Assembly (NCBI GenBank): GCA_963816355.1
Contig: CAWFKH010000003.1
Location: forward strand, 384,001-448,000
DNA from: an uncultured Gemmatimonadales bacterium
Lineage (GTDB): Bacteria > Gemmatimonadota > Gemmatimonadetes > Longimicrobiales > RSA9
Reading direction: 5' to 3'
Length of the DNA stretch: 64,000 nucleotides
In this document: positions 1 to 8,692 of the stretch, in pieces
Position numbering within the stretch: the stretch's first letter is position 1
Layout of the letters: each line of letters begins with the position of its first letter
Notes under the pieces: model-generated
Databases searched by the model: none
Told to the model about the DNA's origin: nothing
Seen by the model: the letters and a program-made list of their open reading frames with translations, nothing else
Program-made: the position numbers and the translations under genes

Positions 1-15
1 GCGTATCTCGTTGTG

Positions 16-34
16 AATGAGACTCACTCTCAAT
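16..34. promoter_or_regulatory. Fur-box-like inverted repeat AATGAGACTCACTCTCAAT
   Basis: TGAGA-N5-TCTCA dyad in an AT-rich patch, resembling the AATGAGAATCATTCTCA type of Fur box, upstream of the porin operon. Confidence 0.55.
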
Positions 35-67
35 CATCGCGCCGGCGGCGCCCACCACGGGTCGGCC

Positions 68-127
68 GGGAGGATGGACGTCATGAACGGGGTGGACGCC
101 ACGAACCGGGGAGGATGGACGTCATGA
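68..127 (+). repeat. 19-nt direct repeat GGGAGGATGGACGTCATGA (68-86, 109-127) with a degenerate copy between
   Basis: Seen directly; each copy contains an RBS and ATG. Confidence 0.8.
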
Positions 128-1563
128 GCTGGGCTTCGCGCGCGGGTGCGCTGCTGGGGATCGGGATGGGGGTGGCCGGCGTGATGGCGGGTCCGGGGCC
201 GCTCGCGGGACAGTCGGCGGAGGCGCTGGCGGAGCGAGGGCGTGGGGAGGCGCCGGATACGTCGGAGGCGACGCAGCATCGAGTGGACGTGGGTGGATAT
301 GGTTCGTTCCGGTTCGACTGGAACGACGTTGGCGGGCGGCGTCCGTCCTTCACGCTGCGGCGGTTCGTGTTGACGACGGACGCGCGGATCGGCGCTCGGC
401 TTCAGGTCTACTCGGAGATCGAGCTGGAGCGTTTCGGCGCGATCGAAGTGGAGAAGGGCGTGGAGCGTGACGCGGCCGGGACGGGATTCGATCAGGGGCT
501 GGAATCCACGGCGGGGAGCGAGCTGGCGTTGGAGCAGGCGTGGGCGCAGCTGGCGATCGGCAGGCGAGCGGGGGTGCGGTTCGGCGCGGTGCTTCCGCCG
601 GTCGGCCGCTTCAATCTGGCCCACGACGACAATCTGTGGGATCTTCCGCGGCGGCCGCTGAGCGTGCGGGGGGCTCCGGTGTTGCCGGCGGCGGCGGCGT
701 GGACGGAGATGGGTCTCGGCGTGGTGGCATCGGCCGGTCTGGGAGGCGCGGCGGAGATCGGCATCGAGGCGTACCTGCTGAACGGGGTGGAGCTGGACTT
801 CGATCTGGAGCGGAAGCTGGAGGCGCGGCCGGGGGGAGGGAACGTCGAGCTCGAAGCGGAGGTTTCGCCGCGGCGGGGCGCGGTCGACGGATCGAGCGGG
901 TTGGACGCGGTGGCGGGACGGGTGGTGTTGAGCCCGCGCCTCGGCTCGGAGGTGGCGATCTCCGGCTACGTCGGCCGCTACACGCCGGCCTATCTCGACG
1001 CGGACGGAACGATCGGGACGTTGGGGCTGGACGGTCGTCATCGGCTGCGGGGCTTCGACGTGGAGGGCGAGCTGCTCTACACGCGCTACTCGAACGTCGA
1101 CGGCGTGGCGCGGGATTTCGCCCGCGTCGCGATCGACCACAATCGCGAGAACGAGGCGGCGGAGAGCCCGGGCGGGCTGGGGACGGAGGTCGAGGTGGAG
1201 CTGGGCGGCCTGGCGCGAAGCCGCTCCGGTTTCTGGCTGGCCGTTCGGCGGCCGATCCCGCTGCCTCGTGGGGCGCTCGGATTCGAGGATGCGACGATCG
1301 CCCCGATCGTGCGCTACGAGCGGGTGCGCTACGACGACGCGCTCGTGGAAGTGGACTTCAGCGATGGCGTCGTGACGAGCCTCGAGAAGGCGGACGTGGA
1401 GCAGGGCCGGCTGTGGATCGGCGTCGGCTTCCGGCCCCTTCCGCAGGCGGTGGTGCAGCTCGCGTACGAGTACAACCGCGCGATCCGCGGCGCGCTGATC
1501 GATCCGGCGATCGAGGCGACATCGACGAACGGCGTCACACTCGGCTTCGCGGTCGGTTTCTGA
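124..1563 (+). CDS. Outer-membrane beta-barrel porin (OprO/P-like putative porin)
   Basis: Signal-peptide-like N-terminus after GGAGG RBS; motifs GGYG, RRFVL, SEIELE, LEQAW, PVGRFN; C-terminal Phe (GFAVGF). Confidence 0.7.
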   Translation: MSWASRAGALLGIGMGVAGVMAGPGPLAGQSAEALAERGRGEAPDTSEATQHRVDVGGYGSFRFDWNDVGGRRPSFTLRRFVLTTDARIGARLQVYSEIELERFGAIEVEKGVERDAAGTGFDQGLESTAGSELALEQAWAQLAIGRRAGVRFGAVLPPVGRFNLAHDDNLWDLPRRPLSVRGAPVLPAAAAWTEMGLGVVASAGLGGAAEIGIEAYLLNGVELDFDLERKLEARPGGGNVELEAEVSPRRGAVDGSSGLDAVAGRVVLSPRLGSEVAISGYVGRYTPAYLDADGTIGTLGLDGRHRLRGFDVEGELLYTRYSNVDGVARDFARVAIDHNRENEAAESPGGLGTEVEVELGGLARSRSGFWLAVRRPIPLPRGALGFEDATIAPIVRYERVRYDDALVEVDFSDGVVTSLEKADVEQGRLWIGVGFRPLPQAVVQLAYEYNRAIRGALIDPAIEATSTNGVTLGFAVGF

Positions 1564-1565
1564 CG

Positions 1566-2690
1566 ATGCCGACCTTGAGCGAGCTCATCGGTGCGCAGCG
1601 GATCCTCTACGGGGCGGTGGCGGTGTTCATGGCGGCAGGGTCGTGGGTGCACCTGGTGCACCAGGAGGTGCGCGCGGGAGTGACACCGGCGAGCGTGGCC
1701 GGGTGGTATCGGGGCAACGAGGAGGATCCGGAGGCGCGCACGCTGCTCTTCGCGCGCTCCGCCGCCGAGGTGTCGGAAGACGCATGGATGGCGGCGACGA
1801 CGTACGCGCTCGCGGGCGTCGTATTCATGGCGCTTCTCGTGCGAACGGATCTGAGGCGGGGGACGCTGGCGTTGCACGTCGCGGGGTGGGCGATGGTGAC
1901 GCTGGGCCTGACGGCGGGGCCGTTCCTCGTGCGCTACGGATCGTCTGCCTGGGCGGCGGCGGAGTCGGCGCTGCTCCTGGGGGCGCCCCTGCTCGCATCG
2001 GCCGGCGCAGGGACGGTCGTGTGGAATCTGTGGCGTCCGCGCAGTGGCGCTTCTGCGTTGCGAGGTGACGGCGGTTCCCGGCTGGGCCTGGGTGTGGTCG
2101 TGCTGCTCGCGCTGGTCCTCGGCGCCGCGTGGTGGCCGGCGCCGGCGGCGGCGCAGGCGAGATCCGAAGACGTCCTGATGGGTCCGGGGGAAGCGTTGCG
2201 GGAGATCTTCCCTGCGGCGGTCTTCGCGGCGGACGCGCCGTGGCGGGCGTCGGCCGCCGAGCGTAGCGGTCTCGAGAGTCGGCTGGGCCGCGCGGTGCCG
2301 GACTCGAGCTATTTGTTTCGCGCCGTGTACGGCGCGGACCGGCGTCTGCTCGGCTACGCGCTCGTGACGGAGGAGCGCGGCAAGTACCGGCCGATCACGT
2401 TCATGGTCGGGATCACGCCGGACCTCCGGGTGAAGGATGTGGCGGTGCTCGTGTACCGCGAGGATCGGGGGGGTGAAGTGGCGAGCCGTCGCTTCCTCTC
2501 GCAGTACCGCGGCAAGGGCGCGCGCGATCCGATCCGGACGAATCGCGACATCGTCAACATCAGTGGGGCCACGATCTCCGTGCGGTCGGTCAACGAGGGG
2601 GTTCGCAGGGTGCTCGCGCTCGCCGCCACCGCGTTCGCGCACGGACCGCCCGCGAGCGGGGTGCTGCGGCCGATCCCGGAGGTGCGATGA
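1566..2690 (+). CDS. Membrane protein fused to C-terminal FMN-binding domain
   Basis: About 4 TM helices, then RnfG/NqrC-like FMN_bind domain (GKYRPITFMVGI, YREDRGGEV, FLSQY, NISGAT flavinylation motif at 2562-2573). Confidence 0.8.
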   Translation: MPTLSELIGAQRILYGAVAVFMAAGSWVHLVHQEVRAGVTPASVAGWYRGNEEDPEARTLLFARSAAEVSEDAWMAATTYALAGVVFMALLVRTDLRRGTLALHVAGWAMVTLGLTAGPFLVRYGSSAWAAAESALLLGAPLLASAGAGTVVWNLWRPRSGASALRGDGGSRLGLGVVVLLALVLGAAWWPAPAAAQARSEDVLMGPGEALREIFPAAVFAADAPWRASAAERSGLESRLGRAVPDSSYLFRAVYGADRRLLGYALVTEERGKYRPITFMVGITPDLRVKDVAVLVYREDRGGEVASRRFLSQYRGKGARDPIRTNRDIVNISGATISVRSVNEGVRRVLALAATAFAHGPPASGVLRPIPEVR

Positions 2691-3199
2691 CGCAACTCCT
2701 CGCGGACCGGTCGTTCTCGCTCCGGCGCGCGCCGCTCTCGATCCGCGTCATGATCACCGCGTTCATGATGACCGTGGCGGTCGCCGTGGCGGTGGGGGTG
2801 GTGAACTATCGGCTGCGCACCGGCCTCGTGCCGTCCGGCTCGGCGCTCTGGTATCGCGGAGGCGCGGCCGCGGGCGGCGAAGCGCTCTTCGGCAAGACGC
2901 CGCTCGAGCTGCTGGACGCGACGCATCCGCACCTCTTCGGCCAGGCGTTCCTCTTCTTCGTTCTGTGCCACGTCTTCGCTCTCGTTCCCGCCGGGGAGCG
3001 CCTGCGCATAACGCTCTACATCGGCGCGTTCGGCAGCGTGCTCGTGGACGCCGCCGCGCCCTGGCTCATCCGCTACGTGTCGCCGGCCTTCGCGCTGCTG
3101 CAGGTGGCGAACACGTGGGTCATGGTCGCCGTCTTCCTCCTCCTGCTCGCGTTGCCGCTGCGCGAGATGTGGCTTCCGCGACGGCGAATCGGATCGTGA
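2687..3199 (+). CDS. 4-TM membrane protein with His80/His82/His95, possible cytochrome b-like subunit
   Basis: Hydrophobic helices, THPHLF and LCHVF; ATGA overlap with upstream gene. Confidence 0.7.
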   Translation: MTQLLADRSFSLRRAPLSIRVMITAFMMTVAVAVAVGVVNYRLRTGLVPSGSALWYRGGAAAGGEALFGKTPLELLDATHPHLFGQAFLFFVLCHVFALVPAGERLRITLYIGAFGSVLVDAAAPWLIRYVSPAFALLQVANTWVMVAVFLLLLALPLREMWLPRRRIGS

Positions 3200-4320
3200 C
3201 CCTGGCGCTCGTCAGGGCCCTGGAACGATCGGCCAGAGCCGGCGTCCTGGGCTCGTGCTTGCTCGCGGCGGGCGCCGCTCCGATCCACGCCCCCGCGCCG
3301 CCCATCCGCCGCGCGTGGCCGGTCATGGGGACCATGCTGACGGTGGCCGTGTGGCCTGCGGAGGACACGGATGTCGCCGCTGCGCTCGCGGCGACGCGGC
3401 ACGCGGTGTTCCGGGTGGACACACTGATGTCGACCTACCGGCCGGGCAGCGACCTCTCGCTGGCCAATCGACGTGCCGGGACCGGACGCCCGACGGCGCT
3501 CGCTCCGGAGACGGCCGAGGTTCTCGCGGCGGCGCTGCGCTACGCGCGCGAGAGCGGCGGCGCGTTCGATCCCTCGGTCGGCCCGCTGGTAGACGCGTGG
3601 GGCTTTCACTCCGACGCGCCAGGCGTGCCGGATGCGAGGCGTCTGGCGGATGCGCGCCGGCTTGTCGGATTCGGCGAGGTCGTCTTCGATGCGGCCGCGG
3701 GGGAGCTCCTGTTGCCTCGCCCGGGCCAGCGGCTCGATTTCGGGGGCATCGCGAAGGGGTACGCGCTCGATCTCGCCGTGGCGGCGTTGCGGGGTGCCGG
3801 CGTGCGGCGTGGCATGGTGGACCTGGGCGGTGGGATCCGCGTCTTCGGCGAGGCGCCCGATCCGGCCGGCTGGCGCCTGGGCATCGTGGACCCGCGAAAC
3901 CCGGAGCGCGCGCTCGCCGTTGTGAAGGTGGACGGCGGAGCGGTGGCCACGTCGGGCGACTACGAGCGCTTCTTCTTTCGCGACGGCCGGCGATACGCGC
4001 ATATCATCGACCCGGTTTCGGGGCGTCCCGTGCGTGGCGTGGCCAGCGTCACGGTGCTCGCGTCGACCGGGATCGCGAGCGATGCGCTGGCGACGGCGCT
4101 GTTCGTGCTCGGCCCGGAACGCGGCTGCGCGCTGCTCCGCGCCGAGGGGGCCGAGGCGCTCTGGGCGCTGGACGCGGCGGCGGATCCTGCGGAGCGGGCG
4201 GGTCCGGCCCGCGCCTCCGCGCTGCGCCTGGTCGCGACACCGGGAATGGCCGCCCGGCTCGACGTCGACGCCGCCATCGCTTGCGGCGCGCCCGCGGCCG
4301 TTCGGGATGCTCCGGGGTAG
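3196..4320 (+). CDS. apbE: FAD:protein FMN transferase ApbE
   Basis: MGT, FDPSVGPL, LDFGGIAKGYALD, ATSGDYER, HIIDP, SDALAT motifs; GTGA overlap. Confidence 0.92.
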   Translation: MTLALVRALERSARAGVLGSCLLAAGAAPIHAPAPPIRRAWPVMGTMLTVAVWPAEDTDVAAALAATRHAVFRVDTLMSTYRPGSDLSLANRRAGTGRPTALAPETAEVLAAALRYARESGGAFDPSVGPLVDAWGFHSDAPGVPDARRLADARRLVGFGEVVFDAAAGELLLPRPGQRLDFGGIAKGYALDLAVAALRGAGVRRGMVDLGGGIRVFGEAPDPAGWRLGIVDPRNPERALAVVKVDGGAVATSGDYERFFFRDGRRYAHIIDPVSGRPVRGVASVTVLASTGIASDALATALFVLGPERGCALLRAEGAEALWALDAAADPAERAGPARASALRLVATPGMAARLDVDAAIACGAPAAVRDAPG

Positions 4321-4357
4321 CAGGGATCGACCCACACGTGACACGCGGAGAGGGTAC

Positions 4358-4759
4358 ATGCACGACGTGATGCGAAAGCGGATCCTGCGCAAGCTGGAAG
4401 CACTGCCGGAGGCGCAGCTCTATCAGGTGCTCGACTTCGTCGAGTTCCTGGAAGCGCGCTACGCCGCCGAGCAGTCGGCCCGCTCGACCGGGTTCCAGGC
4501 GTTCGCCGAGCGCCTCGAGGACAGCATGCGCGCCCGCTCGCTCGCGACGCGGGCGGTCACCGGCACGATGAAGATCGTGAGCACGGCGGGCAAGGTGATC
4601 GACGGCATCACGGGCGTGTTCGAGGCGCCGCCGCCGCGGGAGCGCCCCGGCGGATCGCGGCTCCCGGCGCGCAACGAGGACGCGCCCAGGCGCGTCGCCG
4701 ACGCCGCGACGCGCGGGGAGAGGCGGCCGGAGAATCCGGAGGCGTTGCCGGGGGGCTGA
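4358..4759 (+). CDS. Hypothetical protein, DUF2281-like N-terminus
   Basis: LEALPEAQLYQVLDFVEFL; GGAGAGG RBS. Confidence 0.65.
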   Translation: MHDVMRKRILRKLEALPEAQLYQVLDFVEFLEARYAAEQSARSTGFQAFAERLEDSMRARSLATRAVTGTMKIVSTAGKVIDGITGVFEAPPPRERPGGSRLPARNEDAPRRVADAATRGERRPENPEALPGG

Positions 4760-4777
4760 AGCGGCGGCGGCCGCCGC

Positions 4778-4806
4778 TTGACAGCCCCGGAGGCGAGGTC
4801 TATCGT
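4778..4806 (+). promoter_or_regulatory. Sigma70-type promoter of guaB
   Basis: TTGACA (4778-4783), 17-nt spacer, TATCGT (4801-4806). Confidence 0.7.
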
Positions 4807-4926
4807 GCGCCATGGATAGGGTCTCTCCGCAACGAGAGCGACTGAAACGCCCGCGAAGGGACGCGCCGACCGGCGCGCTCGCCTCTCGCGGGCTTTGTGC
4901 ATTCAGCAGGTCACAGGGGAGGTTGA

Positions 4927-6402
<1,476 letters not shown>

Positions 6403-6522
6403 GCCGGGGGCGGCGGGAGGAGGCGCTAAGCGCCACGCCGCGCCGACCAACCCTCGTCGCGGGGCATGAAGATTGCGCCCCGGAAAGGTACCGGAATCGA
6501 CCGCCCAGAGCCCCGAAATGCG

Positions 6523-7650
6523 ATGATCTCCAGAGCGGACCTCCAGCGCGTTCTGCGCCGCGACGACGGCGAGGGCCCCCTCCTCAGCGTCTTCCTCGAC
6601 ATGTCCGTCAACTCGGACAACAAGCGCACCTACGACCTCTTCCTCGCCAAGCAGCGCTCGCGCTTCGCCGACAAGGCGGGCGCGCGCAACCACCACCTCG
6701 CCAGCCGCGTCGGCGCCGCGCTCGACCGCGTACAGGCCTGGATCGACGACGCCTTCGACGAGGCGAACCGCGGCGCGGCGGTCTACGTGGGCCTCGAATC
6801 GGAACGGCTCGACGCGCTGCAGTTCCCCGTCTCCATCGAGAACGCGGTGGTGGTGGCGGAAGCGCCCCGGGTCCGGCCGCTGGTCAAGCTCCTTTCCCTC
6901 TACGCGCACCACGGCGTGATCCTCGTCGACCGGGAGCACCTCCGCATGCTGAGCCTCTTCATGGGGCGGCCCTTGCGCGAGCAGCAGGTCGAAACCCGGC
7001 CGTACCCCGCACCGCACGACATCCGCAGCGGCGGCTACTCCGCGCGCGACTTCCAGCGGCGCAAGGCTGAGGAGGTGAAGCATTTTTTCAAGGAATTCGC
7101 CCGCGAGGTGAGCGAATTCGACCGCCTTCACGCGCCCGACGACTTCATCGTGCTCGGCACGGACGAGAACGTGAAGCAGTTCCTCGATTTCCTTCCCCAG
7201 TCGATTCGCGACCGCGTGATCCACACCGAGCACGCCTCCATCGACGACGCGAGCGCCGCGGTCGTCGAGCGCCTCGAGCCGCATCTGCGGGCGCGCGAAG
7301 CCGCCCGTGGCACGGACACCGTCCTCGAGCTGCGCGATCGCGTCGACCACGACCATTTCGCGACCGCCGGCTTCGCCGACACCCTCGTTCAGCTCCAGGA
7401 AGGGAAGGTCGCGACGCTGGTCGTCGGCGAGCCGCTCGAGCGCTCCGGCGCCCGCTGCTCGAAGTGCGGCTTCTACCTGGCGGACGACGCGGCGGCGCGC
7501 TGCCCGTACTGCGGTGGCGAGACCCACGACGGCGTCGATCTCGTCGAGACGATGATCCGCATGGCCGCCGAGCAGGATGTGGAGGTCGCGTTCGCGGCGG
7601 CTCCGGCGCTCACGGGCTTGGACGGCGTGGGCGCGCTGCTTCGCTTCTGA
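6523..7650 (+). CDS. Bacterial archaeo-eukaryotic release factor (baeRF/eRF1-like) family protein with Zn ribbon
   Basis: LSVFLD N-terminus, GGYSARDFQRR loop, CSKC..CPYC, C-terminal GVGALLRF typical of eRF1 domain 3. Confidence 0.75.
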   Translation: MISRADLQRVLRRDDGEGPLLSVFLDMSVNSDNKRTYDLFLAKQRSRFADKAGARNHHLASRVGAALDRVQAWIDDAFDEANRGAAVYVGLESERLDALQFPVSIENAVVVAEAPRVRPLVKLLSLYAHHGVILVDREHLRMLSLFMGRPLREQQVETRPYPAPHDIRSGGYSARDFQRRKAEEVKHFFKEFAREVSEFDRLHAPDDFIVLGTDENVKQFLDFLPQSIRDRVIHTEHASIDDASAAVVERLEPHLRAREAARGTDTVLELRDRVDHDHFATAGFADTLVQLQEGKVATLVVGEPLERSGARCSKCGFYLADDAAARCPYCGGETHDGVDLVETMIRMAAEQDVEVAFAAAPALTGLDGVGALLRF

Positions 7651-7803
7651 GGGCGCAGCGCCGGGCCTCGCGCCGAGAGCGCCGCGGTGAGACGCCGCGG
7701 GGAGCGCGCCGCGGCGGGCGTTGACGCCGCCGCCATCGCGCGGCATTCTTTCGGCGCGCTCGGCCGTCACGGCCGGCGACGCTCATCCATCCCCTACGCC
7801 TGG

Positions 7804-8448
7804 ATGAATCCGACGCGGAGCCGCGCCGTGCCCACTGCGAAGCCAGATTCCGAGCCCCGCGCCCGTCTGCGGGAGATCCTCGAAGCGCTCGACGACGTCG
7901 AGGCCGTCTTTCTGAGCGACGACGATGCGACGCTCTGGATCATCGGCTCCCCCGCGCTGCGCCGCAATGTGATCGCGCCCCAGGCCGTTGCGGCCCTTTC
8001 CGACGCCGGTTTCGAGGGCGCCGCTGTCGAGATCCGCTGCGTTCCCGGCTCGGAGCGCCGTGTGCGCCTCCTCGCGGTGGAGCGCATCGAGGAGGGCGAG
8101 CACTCCGTCCGCGTACGTGTCGCGCTCGAGTGGCAGCGTCGCGAGGTCGTCGGCGAGCTGGCCGGCGCCCGCTCGGAGCCGATCGAGCTGCGCACCGCCG
8201 CGCTCGCCGCCCTGCGCGCCATCGACCAGATCGTCGAGGGCGAGGTGCAGCTGCGTCTCACCGGCATCAAGCGGTTCCGCGCGTTCGACACGGACCTGGT
8301 CGCCGCTTCCGTGCTCCTGATCGAGGAGGAATCCCGGCGCCTGGTCGGCACGGTGATCGAAACCCAGGGCGGACCGCATGCCGCCGTCACGGCCGTGCTC
8401 AGCGCGCTCAACCGCGTCCTCGGAAACTACCTGATCCGGTCCGAATAG
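7804..8448 (+). CDS. Hypothetical protein, LeuA-regulatory-domain-like C-terminus
   Basis: Protein-like composition; ends AAVTAVLSALNRVL; paralog at 32186-33121. Confidence 0.65.
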   Translation: MNPTRSRAVPTAKPDSEPRARLREILEALDDVEAVFLSDDDATLWIIGSPALRRNVIAPQAVAALSDAGFEGAAVEIRCVPGSERRVRLLAVERIEEGEHSVRVRVALEWQRREVVGELAGARSEPIELRTAALAALRAIDQIVEGEVQLRLTGIKRFRAFDTDLVAASVLLIEEESRRLVGTVIETQGGPHAAVTAVLSALNRVLGNYLIRSE

Positions 8449-8692
8449 GGGGTCCCCGACCCCACCCTGCCGCGCAGCGCGCCCCGGTCCGCCCCACGGC
8501 CTGGCCGCCACCCGATGGAACAATCGCTAAAGCACTGGGGTTTCTAGGTTTAGCGACAATCATACAGAGTACGCGGGGCGCCTCCTGAACGGACGTGACG
8601 CCCGCTTCGTGTCGCGCCGATCTCGCCTGGCACGGCGCCGGTGGACCGCTGTGGTCCCGGCCCCGGGCGGTATACCCGACGAAGGAGGCAGG

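Noticed and set aside
540..1565. N-terminal extension of the 716-aa ORF
   Set aside because: Overlaps the porin in another frame and is low-complexity; the real start is most likely ATG 1566
4358..4759. Toxin-antitoxin module or part of the ApbE system
   Set aside because: No toxin partner adjacent and no evidence of a functional link beyond proximity
4812..4926. Known purine/ZTP/PRPP riboswitch
   Set aside because: Could not match conserved cores by eye; kept only as an unknown structured leader
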